Virus record (IMG/VR): IMGVR_UViG_3300043436_003602
Location: 181 to 64,180 of that record
DNA length: 64,000 bases
Source: a virus
Taxonomy: Duplodnaviria > Caudoviricetes
Reading direction: 5' to 3' (one strand)
This document shows, in pieces, positions 45,908-55,259 of the stretch; the first letter of the stretch is position 1, and the number at the start of each line of letters is the position of its first letter. The notes below the pieces were generated by a model. It made no database searches and was not told the DNA's origin. It saw only the letters and a list, made by a program, of their open reading frames with translations. The position numbers were made by a program, and so were the translations under genes.

Positions 45908-46195
45908 TCAGAGTTTCGAGCGGTCGTAGCCACCCGATGCGTCGGTCTGAAGACCGTTGACCGCCGAGTTGTGCGAGCCGTGACTCGGGTCGATTGCCGC
46001 CGGCTCATCCTCAACGACTTTACCCTCGGTCGTTGCATCAGCAGCCTGCTCGGTCGTTGCCGCTTCTTCAACCTGTTCGGTCGTTGCATCAGCAGCCTGC
46101 TCGGTCGTTGCCGCTTCTTCAACCTGTTCGGTCGTTGCATCAGCAGCCTGCTCGGTCGTTGCCGCTTCTTCAACCTGTTCGGGCTTCTTCGCCAT
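45908..46195 (-). CDS. acidic repeat protein
   Basis: AAGGAGA RBS; three EQVEEAATTEQAADATT repeats. Confidence 0.65.
   Translation of the reverse strand: MAKKPEQVEEAATTEQAADATTEQVEEAATTEQAADATTEQVEEAATTEQAADATTEGKVVEDEPAAIDPSHGSHNSAVNGLQTDASGGYDRSKL
46026..46182. repeat. perfect tandem repeat, 51 bp x3
   Basis: Unit TCGGTCGTTGCATCAGCAGCCTGCTCGGTCGTTGCCGCTTCTTCAACCTGT repeated with no spacers. Confidence 0.95.
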
Positions 46196-46289
46196 AGTCA
46201 TTCTCCTTTGGAAGCTTCTATTGAAACCGTCAGCGCTAGACGGCTCGGCCAGTATACCCCAAACGATTGCCACAGTCAAAGGAGTTCTC

Positions 46290-46541
46290 ATGGCTAGGAA
46301 GAAACCTCGATCAATAGATGATGCCCCGCGGGGAGGGTGGCTAGGCCCGCCGCCAACTGAAGGACTCAAGCCTCTGGCTATTGCAAAGCGATCCGACAAG
46401 AAAGGAAGGTGGATATGGGAGTCAGTGCCACAGAAGCGCAAGGACCGTGAGTTGCGCGAGGAGTGGGAAGAGCGAATGGCGAAAGCCGACAAGAAGGGTA
46501 AGTGGCGGTTCAAGTGGCCGCCCAAGAGAAAGGATGATTGA
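46290..46541 (+). CDS. small Lys/Trp-rich hypothetical protein
   Basis: AAGGAG RBS; internal DKKG(R/K)W repeat. Confidence 0.6.
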   Translation: MARKKPRSIDDAPRGGWLGPPPTEGLKPLAIAKRSDKKGRWIWESVPQKRKDRELREEWEERMAKADKKGKWRFKWPPKRKDD

Positions 46542-46542
46542 C

Positions 46543-47373
46543 ATGGAAGTAAAGATCGTAGCGGATAGTATCAGTAACCAGATGATCCGCTTGACCACCT
46601 TGCACCTTCGCTACTGGCGACCGATACACTCCGAGCTGATGACGCACCGAGTGTTCTCACGCAATGCACGATCCAGCCGAGCTGTGCCGGTCGTGACGCT
46701 ACTGAGCGAAGGCAAGTTCATTCCCCAGTTCGGGATGAACCAGCGGGGTATGCAATCGACACTTGCACCCTCGCCTGAGCTTCAGGACAAGTGGGCCCGC
46801 GAGTGGAATGAGCTTGCTGAGATTACTCGGTCTTACGTTGCTCGGTGGGGCGATGAGGGTATGCACAAGCAACATGCCAATCGTCCGCTCGAGTGGTTCG
46901 GTTGGATCGATGTGTTGGTGACCTCGACCTACTGGGACAACTTCTGGGCACTGCGTATCGATGCAGCCGCTCAACCTGAGCTGCGTCAACTCGCTGAAGC
47001 GATGAAAGGAGCAATGGACGCCTCGAAGCCGAAGCTGTTGCTGCCTGGTGATTGGCACCTGCCCTACGTTCTTGACTCCGAACGTCAGGAAAAGCTCGAA
47101 TTGCTTTTGAAGCTGTCCACAGCCCGGTGTGCGAGGCTGTCCTATCGGCCGTTCGACGGCAACGCGGACCATGAGGCTGAAATTGATCGGTATAACCGCC
47201 TCGTCGTCAGTCAGCCGGTCCACGCTTCGCCTGCCGAACACCAAGCAACACCGGACTCCTGCATGGACAGCGGCCGAACAAGGGTGTGGAGTAACCCTCG
47301 ACTTCATGGTAATTTCCATGGGTGGGTGCAGCATCGGAAGTGTATCGCCAACGAAGCGGTCATGGAGGCGTAA
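46543..47373 (+). CDS. thyX: flavin-dependent thymidylate synthase
   Basis: ELMTHRVFSRNARSSRA ThyX-type motif; HKQ.ANR, AQPE, HASPAEH. Confidence 0.8.
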   Translation: MEVKIVADSISNQMIRLTTLHLRYWRPIHSELMTHRVFSRNARSSRAVPVVTLLSEGKFIPQFGMNQRGMQSTLAPSPELQDKWAREWNELAEITRSYVARWGDEGMHKQHANRPLEWFGWIDVLVTSTYWDNFWALRIDAAAQPELRQLAEAMKGAMDASKPKLLLPGDWHLPYVLDSERQEKLELLLKLSTARCARLSYRPFDGNADHEAEIDRYNRLVVSQPVHASPAEHQATPDSCMDSGRTRVWSNPRLHGNFHGWVQHRKCIANEAVMEA

Positions 47374-47374
47374 G

Positions 47375-47866
47375 ATGCTGAGCGAGGCTGGGATCAGTTC
47401 CTGCAAGAAGTTCCGCTGGTGGTTATACCGGTGCTGGGACCCCAGCCTCCCTTTGGTAATTTGGGTGATGATGAACCCGAGCACTGCGGATCACGAGAAG
47501 AACGACGCGACGATCTCCAAGGTTATTCGCTACAGCAAGGGCTGGGGATACGGCGGTATCCTCGTCCTGAATATCTACGCGATCCGCTCACGCGATCAGT
47601 CGAAGATCAACGGACAGGTTGGCCACAGGAATGACTGGTGGTTGTCGACCATCTTCAAGTTCGCGCGGCGGAAGAAGATCAAGATCGTTTGCGCCTGGGG
47701 CGTCAATCATAAAGATAGAGGGGACAGCGTCCGCGCTGTTGCAGCAGTCGCACGAGTTAAACTCTGGTGCCTTCGCTCATCAAAGAATGGCGAACCGTGC
47801 CACCCCCTCTACCTACCGGGGAACCTGGTTCCTCAGCGACCTCAATCTAACATGGTCGGGGAATAA
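47375..47866 (+). CDS. DUF1643 family protein
   Basis: MMNPSTAD...DATI, LNIYA, CAWG, G.P.HPLY. Confidence 0.8.
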   Translation: MLSEAGISSCKKFRWWLYRCWDPSLPLVIWVMMNPSTADHEKNDATISKVIRYSKGWGYGGILVLNIYAIRSRDQSKINGQVGHRNDWWLSTIFKFARRKKIKIVCAWGVNHKDRGDSVRAVAAVARVKLWCLRSSKNGEPCHPLYLPGNLVPQRPQSNMVGE

Positions 47867-47867
47867 A

Positions 47868-48257
47868 TCAATCGCCATTCTCAGCAGGCGATCCTTCGAG
47901 TCGGCGCATCCGGCTCAAGAAAGCCTGAGCGTTCCTTTCAGCCACAGCCCGAGCGTCGGGGTCTGAGTGGAGTAGTGCGTCGATATGCTCAAGGGCTTGT
48001 TGAAGGTGATACAGGTGGCTTTCCATCGGGCGAAGCTTCTCGATCTCCGTCCTCATCAAGGTGAGTTCTTGTCGAGCAGCGTCAAGAAGCTGGAAGGTAA
48101 GATCATCCCGGTGCTTCTCTAGGTTAGCGCCTTGCTCTATTTGAGCTTTCCTTTCTGCAGCCTTCAGTCGCAAGGTCTCCATATAGGCTTTGCCGAACCA
48201 TCCCGCTAATCCGGTCACAAGGCCTACAGGGATAAGGTGAACAATCATCTCAGACAT
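47868..48257 (-). CDS. membrane-anchored coiled-coil protein
   Basis: N-terminal hydrophobic helix then heptad pattern; GAGG RBS. Confidence 0.6.
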   Translation of the reverse strand: MSEMIVHLIPVGLVTGLAGWFGKAYMETLRLKAAERKAQIEQGANLEKHRDDLTFQLLDAARQELTLMRTEIEKLRPMESHLYHLQQALEHIDALLHSDPDARAVAERNAQAFLSRMRRLEGSPAENGD

Positions 48258-48400
48258 ACGTAGATAACCTCAAAGAGTTAAGGCCCATTTCCCGTCAGGC
48301 CGACCATCATTTATATGCCAGCCCCCTTTAAGAGGATAGTAGTGGGCGATTGACCTGGCGGTTAGGTCGTGATACAAGACAAGAAACGAAAGGACCATCG

Positions 48401-48730
48401 ATGAAAAAGTGGTACGGGCTTCGCAAAGCAGCAGAGGAATGTGGTGAATTAGTGGTTGAGCTCATGAAGCTTGCCACTTTCCCTGATGGCAAGCACCCCG
48501 CCCGTAAACGAAGCCTCGTCATATCGACCGAGGAAGAGCTGGCTGACGTGATGGCGGCAGTCGACTACTTTATCGACCGCAATAAGCTCGACCGGGCGAA
48601 GATCGAGAAGCGCAAGGCCGCCAAATACAAGAAGTTCACCACTTGGTGGGGCGATCCCAAGCCCAAAGGACTTAAGGCAAAGTCCAAAGAGCTGAAGCGC
48701 GTATTGAAGGCGACGAAACAACGCGCCTGA
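48401..48730 (+). CDS. MazG-like NTP pyrophosphohydrolase
   Basis: EECGEL...EEELADV; preceded by TTGACC-17-TACAAG. Confidence 0.75.
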   Translation: MKKWYGLRKAAEECGELVVELMKLATFPDGKHPARKRSLVISTEEELADVMAAVDYFIDRNKLDRAKIEKRKAAKYKKFTTWWGDPKPKGLKAKSKELKRVLKATKQRA

Positions 48731-48848
48731 GGTCGTTTCGACCTAGTGCAACGCATGATGACGCATCGAACACCTGAAAAACACGCCTAAGCCTGCCCTA
48801 AGCGCGCCTTATCATGCCACAATCGCGTCACTAGTGCGCGTCAATCGA

Positions 48849-49757
48849 TCACCCAAGTTCTGGCTGGCCTCCTGTGCACTGATTTCCTCGTTTGTGCATA
48901 TCAATAAAGGCGGTTGCCCATGCGGTTGCAATGACGCGGTCGAGTTTAGCCCCTGAGGTTGCAACGACGCGGCCGTATTTAGCACGTGCGTCTGCTATGA
49001 CGCGCTGGTATTCAGCAAATGCGGACTCGTCGTCGAGCTCTAATCCAGATCGAAGAGCCTCTGCCGGGGCGCGGTCATACTCAGCCTGTGCGGCTGCTAT
49101 GGCGCGGTCGTAGTCATCCTGTGCGGCTGTTAAGGTGCGCTTGTATTCAATACATCCTTGTTCATCAAGCAAGCGGGTTGCACAATCCCAGTCGAACAGG
49201 TGCGCGACTTTCTCCGCTCGTTCTATGGTCACAGCAACGCTGTCGCCAAATATCCCTTCAAACAAATCCACTTGGTCACTGCAAGCGTCCGCGTCGATTA
49301 GCATTTGCTTTGTGATAATAGGCTCGGACTCATTTGCTTGCTCCAAAGCCCCACGCAGCACATCGCTCTGTGTAGGCCTCTCCAGCTCTGACCGCATGTA
49401 TTTTTGCACGATGTTTACCGCCTTCGCGGTCGCATCGCTCTGCGCGGGCTGGCTGGCACGGAAGGCGTCCTCCTCGGCGTTCATCGCTTCATAGTCATCC
49501 CAAAACGGCTTATTCTGGATTTCAATAAAGTCGGCAATCACGCGCAGAAGTCGGTGGTCAAGATACCCCCTGTTGGCTATTGGCCAGTAAGACCACCCCA
49601 AGCTGTGGAGGTTTTTGACAATGCCTCCTTTTTCGTGACCAATCTCTCGTTTGAAAAAGGCGATGTCATCCTTCGAAAACTTTTCCATTCCGGGCAATTC
49701 CCAGTTCACGGCGGCGAGTCGAGACTTAATCACTGCGCTGTCTTTATCATTGGTCAT
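48849..49757 (-). CDS. mosaic hypothetical protein with Ala/Tyr helical repeats
   Basis: A.AEYDR-type repeats shared with genes at 61.8-62.4 kb. Confidence 0.65.
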   Translation of the reverse strand: MTNDKDSAVIKSRLAAVNWELPGMEKFSKDDIAFFKREIGHEKGGIVKNLHSLGWSYWPIANRGYLDHRLLRVIADFIEIQNKPFWDDYEAMNAEEDAFRASQPAQSDATAKAVNIVQKYMRSELERPTQSDVLRGALEQANESEPIITKQMLIDADACSDQVDLFEGIFGDSVAVTIERAEKVAHLFDWDCATRLLDEQGCIEYKRTLTAAQDDYDRAIAAAQAEYDRAPAEALRSGLELDDESAFAEYQRVIADARAKYGRVVATSGAKLDRVIATAWATAFIDMHKRGNQCTGGQPELG

Positions 49758-49793
49758 TGGGAGTCCTTTCAAGTGATTGCGGATGCAGAGGAG

Positions 49794-50270
49794 CTATGGC
49801 GCGCCACGCCTGTTACGTAGGACAGACGCAACGCGATCACCGGTTTCTTTACGAGCCTTGTGAAGCTCTTTCCACTTATCGTAGATCATGTCTCGATGCT
49901 CACGGAAAGCAAAGCTATAGTAAATACGACCGGGAGTCCGGAAATAGGCGCAAGGGTAGACGTGTGCCACAGGTTCGACACCCGACTTGTGAGGTATGGA
50001 TAGCCAATAGGGCCGCTCCCGATTGTCATTGAGTATCTTTGCCGCAAACGACTTGGCGATGGAAGCACGTATCCATTCGTGGTCGTCACGCTGCCAGGTC
50101 GGATCACCATAAAGCGGTCCTGTCGAAGCTCGAACAGGCGAAGGGTTATCCGCCTTTGCCTGTCGATTGAGCTTCCTTGCTTCTCGACGCTGAAGAGCGC
50201 GCAGCTTTTTGAGCCGAACTTTCTCCTCAGGGTCCACGATTGCAGGCTGTTTCTTACGTCGAGCCATCAC
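49794..50270 (-). CDS. hypothetical protein
   Basis: Overlap-coupled ORF in minus-strand cluster. Confidence 0.6.
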   Translation of the reverse strand: MMARRKKQPAIVDPEEKVRLKKLRALQRREARKLNRQAKADNPSPVRASTGPLYGDPTWQRDDHEWIRASIAKSFAAKILNDNRERPYWLSIPHKSGVEPVAHVYPCAYFRTPGRIYYSFAFREHRDMIYDKWKELHKARKETGDRVASVLRNRRGAP

Positions 50271-50746
50271 TGCACCGTGGGCATCGTCTCGAGAGCCTTC
50301 AGCCCCCGCAGGAACTGACGGTACTTCATCGTCTTCGTCTGCCCCTGATAGCCGGAGATCATGTCAGCACCGTCGGCCCGCTGCTCCCAGATCGTCAGCC
50401 GCACGTTGGTCGGGATCGAGCTCACGCCGATCAGGCCGCTCATGATGCCGTCCATGTTGACCGCACAGACAGTGAACTCGTGAAGAACGGCTCGTTCCTC
50501 CTGGACCTTCGACCGCTTCGGCTGAATGTCATCGACTTCCACAAATGCGCGGAAGCGAGCAACGGGGATGGCTGTGTTGAGCATCGCGTGACAGATTGAA
50601 ACGGCAATCTCACGCCGATCCATCTCATCCATTTCCGGACCGCCTTCCTCAAGATCAGGACTGGCACGACGACAACGCTCTTGCTGAAGGTGAGTGTCGG
50701 CGATTGCCAAAAGCCGGGTCAGGGCTTCAACTGCTTGCATGGTCAT
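50267..50746 (-). CDS. hypothetical protein
   Basis: AAGGAGA RBS before ATG 50746. Confidence 0.6.
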   Translation of the reverse strand: MTMQAVEALTRLLAIADTHLQQERCRRASPDLEEGGPEMDEMDRREIAVSICHAMLNTAIPVARFRAFVEVDDIQPKRSKVQEERAVLHEFTVCAVNMDGIMSGLIGVSSIPTNVRLTIWEQRADGADMISGYQGQTKTMKYRQFLRGLKALETMPTVQ

Positions 50747-50759
50747 GGTACTCGTCTCC

Positions 50760-50993
50760 TTATGTGATAAATAGATCGGCGATGCGTCGCAGGTTGTCAC
50801 AATCGCCTTCGAAAGTGTCGACTTGTCCCTGCAGCTCATCGATAATAGCGAGCTCGCCGGGCTCGTCGCGCTTCAGACGTCCCAGCAGTTCCGTAGACTG
50901 AACAGCGCGACTGTCCTGCATCTCTGCGTGTGTCATCAGGATAGCGTGAACCCGAACAGCATCAGCGGCGCTCAGGGAGATTGTTTTCGTCAT
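50760..50993 (-). CDS. hypothetical protein
   Basis: AAAGG RBS. Confidence 0.55.
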   Translation of the reverse strand: MTKTISLSAADAVRVHAILMTHAEMQDSRAVQSTELLGRLKRDEPGELAIIDELQGQVDTFEGDCDNLRRIADLFIT

Positions 50994-51053
50994 ATAGAAC
51001 CTTTCATTGAGTGTTTTACATCATACGACGAACGAACGCCTGGTGCAACTTCG

Positions 51054-51962
51054 TCAATCTGATATATCCCACTCGGGGCGAAGGGCAAGAAACCCGGGAT
51101 GGCGGGGCTTATTCTTCTGTCCCATCTTCTGTTTCTTGCACTTCATGATTGCGCCGGCCGCCACCAGCTCATCCTTGATAGCCCAAAAATCTTTTCGCTG
51201 TCCGGCCGTAAGTCCTCCTCCGACCCTAACTTCAACCCCCGTCGGCTTACCTTTGGAGTCAAGTTCTTCACCGATGAAGCCGCCAAGTGTGCCTTTCGGC
51301 TTTTTCCCCGCCTTCGCCGACGACCTCTTAAGCTTTCCCGTGGCTTCCCGCTTTGCTTCATTCGTATTCTCCTCTTCCTCGAAGTATCCCGTGATACGGG
51401 CTTCGAAGTCTTCAAAGGGCTTGACCTTGAGCATCCATTGCTCACGAAGCGTGGACTTACCGAACTTGTAAGGGCCATCCGGTGATCGAGTTATGATACC
51501 TTCATAACCCATCTGCAGCCGACGTTCCAGGTATTCCTCGAGCTCATCAAGACTCTCAATCAGCTTCGGCTTGAGGAAGTGAACGCGGGGATGGTCGATG
51601 TCGCGGATAATCTGTTGAGTAAGCCGAAGGCGATCCTCGTAGCGATAGCCGAGCTGCGGCGTGTCAAAGCACCACAGGTGGAAGTCCGGCTCACCATTCT
51701 TCGACGTGAGGCCGCTCGACGTGCGACCGAGCACTCCTTCACCGCGACGATTGCCGACGACGGCCTCGCTGTCAAGCAGGGGCTCCTTGAATATCCTGCT
51801 GAGCTCTCGGTCGAAGTGCACGTTGGGGAAGGGCGACAGCCGGGAGGTCAATGGTCGATGGGACAAAACGCAACGAAACCCGTCAATCTTCGGGAAGGCG
51901 TAAACAGGTAGTCGAACCTTTGACAGGTCCTCAATCTGGTCGCCCTTCATGGGACGCTTCAT
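51054..51962 (-). CDS. ATP-dependent DNA ligase
   Basis: PKIDGFR adenylation motif, DSE, FD, YEGII, KVK, VGGG, PRHP. Confidence 0.9.
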   Translation of the reverse strand: MKRPMKGDQIEDLSKVRLPVYAFPKIDGFRCVLSHRPLTSRLSPFPNVHFDRELSRIFKEPLLDSEAVVGNRRGEGVLGRTSSGLTSKNGEPDFHLWCFDTPQLGYRYEDRLRLTQQIIRDIDHPRVHFLKPKLIESLDELEEYLERRLQMGYEGIITRSPDGPYKFGKSTLREQWMLKVKPFEDFEARITGYFEEEENTNEAKREATGKLKRSSAKAGKKPKGTLGGFIGEELDSKGKPTGVEVRVGGGLTAGQRKDFWAIKDELVAAGAIMKCKKQKMGQKNKPRHPGFLALRPEWDISD

Positions 51963-52207
51963 CGCATAGCCCTTTCCGTAGCGAGCTTGAGCATCTTGAA
52001 CTTCTCATTAAGGGCGACGATCTTCTCGAGTGCCTCGCGCGACAGGTCGAGCTTCGATCCTGCGGCGACACCGGTCGGGTTCATCATCTTGAGCGCCATC
52101 TCGATATTGCTGTTACAGTTCTCGATGACGAACTCAGCCAGCTCAGGGCTCATCTCGACAAATACCATGCCGTTTGAGTTACTCGTCATAAGTAAAGGGT
52201 CCTTCAT
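51959..52207 (-). CDS. hypothetical protein
   Basis: ATGA overlap with ligase. Confidence 0.55.
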   Translation of the reverse strand: MKDPLLMTSNSNGMVFVEMSPELAEFVIENCNSNIEMALKMMNPTGVAAGSKLDLSREALEKIVALNEKFKMLKLATERAMR

Positions 52208-52541
52208 AGTTGTTAAAGCGGAAGATGATCGGCGAAGGCATGAGCTCGGGGAACTCGGTCCTTGCCAGCTCTAATGACTGCATCCAATCCAACAGCGCCG
52301 GCATGAAGAGGGTTTGCTCGGTGCCCCTTGGGTGATGCCAAGAGATTGCCGTGTGCTTACGGCCGACAAACCACCAATGGTTGGCGACCGCATAACCCGA
52401 AGGGTGATCGAGAAGGCGGTAAGGCGCAAGGTGGTCAATCCTGAAGTGATCGAACACCGAGCTTTCAAGAGGCCGAAGGTTAGCCCCGTGAAGGGCGGGC
52501 TTCTTTCGATCATCCACAGTGCCGTAAAAGAGCAAGGGCAT
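52179..52541 (-). CDS. hypothetical protein
   Basis: TAATG coupling. Confidence 0.55.
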   Translation of the reverse strand: MPLLFYGTVDDRKKPALHGANLRPLESSVFDHFRIDHLAPYRLLDHPSGYAVANHWWFVGRKHTAISWHHPRGTEQTLFMPALLDWMQSLELARTEFPELMPSPIIFRFNNYEGPFTYDE

Positions 52542-52924
52542 TACCGCTTCCTCTTTTTGAGCTTTGCCTTGACCTCTTCGCGCTCAGACATGCGTCGAAC
52601 GGCTTTCTTCTCGACGTAGTCCTTCGAGTGGTCCACCTTCTTGGTCGGGTTCTTCGCCGGACGACGGGGAGCGGGGAGTTCCTGGATCGGGTCTTCGTCA
52701 AGGGGCAAGTAAACGATCTGAGGTCGATACCCCAAGACTTCGGGAATAGCAATCCCCGGTCCTTGAACCTTTCGCATAAAGGCGCTGACAGCCTGAGGCG
52801 TTATGTCATGGGCCCGAGCCCAGTCGCCGATGGAAGAATGATCCTTCGACGCAGCCCGAATAAGTCGCTTCAGTCCTCGCTCAGTAATGGCAGACTTCGG
52901 GACTCGGTATTTCTTGAGGTCCAT
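52541..52924 (-). CDS. basic protein, possible HTH
   Basis: WARAHDITPQAVSAFM..PG HTH-like segment. Confidence 0.55.
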   Translation of the reverse strand: MDLKKYRVPKSAITERGLKRLIRAASKDHSSIGDWARAHDITPQAVSAFMRKVQGPGIAIPEVLGYRPQIVYLPLDEDPIQELPAPRRPAKNPTKKVDHSKDYVEKKAVRRMSEREEVKAKLKKRKR

Positions 52925-52925
52925 G

Positions 52926-53198
52926 TCATTTCACCGGATTGCCGCAAGGCTTAGCACCAAAGCCGCGATACTTGTTGACAAAGCGGTCACGGTTAGCTTG
53001 ACCCTCGAAGGCGTAGGTGCGAATGCCCCGCTCGAACGGTATGCTAAGGTGGTTACCGACGAGGCTGATGTCGATCTGCTCAGGTCGGAGGAGAGTGTCA
53101 GCTTTCGCAAAGTGCGGGTCTGACATCTTTCCTACATCCTTGCGCCAGGTCAACGCGACAAGCTCCGGCCGTGAAGTCAGCAGCTCCGGCCGTGACAT
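52926..53198 (-). CDS. hypothetical protein
   Basis: TGATG coupling; N-terminal SRPEL duplication. Confidence 0.55.
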   Translation of the reverse strand: MSRPELLTSRPELVALTWRKDVGKMSDPHFAKADTLLRPEQIDISLVGNHLSIPFERGIRTYAFEGQANRDRFVNKYRGFGAKPCGNPVK

Positions 53199-53431
53199 CA
53201 GCCTTGCTCAGCCGGACGCGGCTGCTCCTCGACACTGATGATCCGGGAGCCGCTGTGGATATAGAAGTCGAGGGAGGTGTTCGGCTCGACGAGGTGGGTC
53301 GTGTAGGAAGCAACCTGGCCGGGCTCACCGTCACGGGTCACCACGGCGATAGGCCAGCCTGCATGGGCGTCTACTGTCACCATGGCCCTAGGCCAGCCTT
53401 TATGGGCGTCTGCTGTTACTTTCGTTGTCAT
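53198..53431 (-). CDS. hypothetical protein
   Basis: AAGGAGA RBS; duplicated DAH.GWP motif. Confidence 0.6.
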   Translation of the reverse strand: MTTKVTADAHKGWPRAMVTVDAHAGWPIAVVTRDGEPGQVASYTTHLVEPNTSLDFYIHSGSRIISVEEQPRPAEQG

Positions 53432-53519
53432 GACATTCTCCTTGGTTATCGCTCGATTTGCGACAGGACAGCGTCTAACGCATTTGATTGACCAGGTCAA
53501 CCGCCGAATGCCGCCACAA

Positions 53520-54023
53520 CTAGAAGGGGCAAAACCCTTGGATTTCTTCTACGATACTTGCCACATGGCCAGCGTAGCCCGCGGCGATCTCATCCTCGTC
53601 TTCCCGCTCGGTCTCTTCCCACTCGTGCTCTTCCATGAACTCGAGCCCTTCGAGGCTTTGCAGGAAGTCGTCGCACTCGTCCATCCGCTCCTGCAGCATT
53701 TGACCCGTCGAGCCTTCCCTCAACCCCTCAGGCATATTCTCGAGCTTCTCCTCGAGTTCCGACTTGATCTCCTCGATCTCATCCTTCAAGGACTGCACGT
53801 CGTCCGGACAGGTGATCGCAGGAACTGTCTCATCAGCAATGATGTAGACGCGCTGCAGGTAGTCGCTGCTTGTCAGCTGATGACGCTTGAAGGGCGTCTT
53901 GCTGCGAAGAGTACGCGATGAGCGAGGACCCGTCTTGAGCGACACCTTGTAGTAGGTGTCACCCTTGACGATGCCCTCACTCGGGTAGTCCTTTCGAGCA
54001 ACGCGGGTGAGGACCCGAGCCAT
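53520..54023 (-). CDS. hypothetical protein with acidic coiled coil
   Basis: Start ATG 54023 (MARVLT), TGATG-coupled; ENMPEGL motif. Confidence 0.65.
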   Translation of the reverse strand: MARVLTRVARKDYPSEGIVKGDTYYKVSLKTGPRSSRTLRSKTPFKRHQLTSSDYLQRVYIIADETVPAITCPDDVQSLKDEIEEIKSELEEKLENMPEGLREGSTGQMLQERMDECDDFLQSLEGLEFMEEHEWEETEREDEDEIAAGYAGHVASIVEEIQGFCPF

Positions 54024-54184
54024 CAGCCGAGCTCCTTGATTTCGACCGTGATGGCCTTCGGGACTTCCTTGTCGCCGAACGCCGACTTCTTGATGTAGAG
54101 CGTCGGGATGACCGCGTTCTCGGCATCGTCCTTGAAGACGTTGGTGCCTTTGGTCTCGCGGTCGAACTTCATAGTCGTCTTCAT
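54023..54184 (-). CDS. 53-aa hypothetical protein (not in ORF track)
   Basis: MKTTMKFDRETKGTNVF...TLYIKKSAF; AAAGG RBS; overlaps both neighbours by start/stop coupling. Confidence 0.7.
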   Translation of the reverse strand: MKTTMKFDRETKGTNVFKDDAENAVIPTLYIKKSAFGDKEVPKAITVEIKELG

Positions 54185-54411
54185 ATCTCAACCTTTCTTG
54201 GGTAGGGCCCTGGGATAATGGTATGTGTCCGTGGATAGGGCGAGTCCACAGGGATTTCGGGGATGGATTGGAATGATGGGTAGCGGGCGTTGGCCTTCGC
54301 GCAAATCTCACGGGCAGTGATCTCATAGTCGAAGACAGTCACCAGCTCTACGCCGGCCTCACGGTCTACAACGAACCAGAAGGTATCCCGTTCTTCTACG
54401 CTAAAAGCCAT
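54181..54411 (-). CDS. hypothetical protein
   Basis: GGAG RBS; ATGA overlap. Confidence 0.55.
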   Translation of the reverse strand: MAFSVEERDTFWFVVDREAGVELVTVFDYEITAREICAKANARYPSFQSIPEIPVDSPYPRTHTIIPGPYPRKVEI

Positions 54412-54492
54412 TGGTCACCGCTCCCGGGACTGGCGCAGGGGATCGGCGACACGGTCGAAGCCATGGATCAGGGGTCCCAAGGCTCGTGCTCA

Positions 54493-54732
54493 TCAGTACC
54501 ACTCCAGCCAACGCCCGTCGCGCGAGACGCAGACACGGCTCACGTTCGACTTGCTCATGGTGATGATCCGCCCGCCGCTGTTGACGCAGCGCATGGCGAA
54601 GTCCGTGCGGAACTTCTGCACCTGGTTGATCTGCGCGACCATGACCGGCAGCGTATATAGCACGGCGGCGATGAGGATGAGCACCAGGCCGGACAGGCCG
54701 ATGATCCATCGGTTGTTGCGCTGGTTCATCAC
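54493..54732 (-). CDS. small membrane protein
   Basis: N-terminal TM helix and a Cys pair. Confidence 0.6.
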   Translation of the reverse strand: MMNQRNNRWIIGLSGLVLILIAAVLYTLPVMVAQINQVQKFRTDFAMRCVNSGGRIITMSKSNVSRVCVSRDGRWLEWY

Positions 54733-54950
54733 TCGTCTCCCGTTGCCTTTGTCCAGGTGACAACCACCCGTCCCTCGTCGAGGAAGTAGATGTCCGTGTT
54801 GGAGCAGTTGCCACCGCTGGCAACCTTGAACTTAACAGTCGCGTCGGGACCCGGGCTGTAGTCCGTGCCTCTCTCGTGGAGCATGTCGATGATGTCCTTG
54901 CCGGACAGCGTGACGGTGTGGGTAATCTTGCCCTTTTTGGTTAGCTTCAC
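54729..54950 (-). CDS. hypothetical protein
   Basis: AAGGAGA RBS, GTG start. Confidence 0.6.
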   Translation of the reverse strand: MKLTKKGKITHTVTLSGKDIIDMLHERGTDYSPGPDATVKFKVASGGNCSNTDIYFLDEGRVVVTWTKATGDE

Positions 54951-55200
54951 TGTGCTTCTCCTTTCGCGTTCGCATTATCACGCCATCGGCGTACTGGGTC
55001 AACCAAGTAATTTCTCTGGTGGATCGCGTTCGCCTTTCCGCACGTAGCGACGGGGCGGGTATTTCCGCTTCGGCTTTTCAAGGGGCAAGCTCAGCCGAGG
55101 CTCCGCGCGGGCGATCAGTCTTGGCGAAGAACTCCGCCTTATACCTCTCCCTTGTACTACGCCGATACCTGTGTTTGTTCTATCGAGCTTACATGCTAAA

Positions 55201-55245
55201 CTCCCGTCGTTGATATACCTATCATATACAATCAAACGACGGGAG
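55201..55245 (-). terminator. hairpin after fibre-like gene
   Basis: CTCCCGTCGTT...AACGACGGGAG inverted repeat. Confidence 0.55.
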
Positions 55246-55259
55246 ACAACCGATTTATT

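Noticed and set aside
46026-46182. Possible CRISPR array
   Set aside because: Repeats are contiguous with no spacers and are in-frame coding; the nuclease at 13138 is a phage exonuclease without other cas genes.
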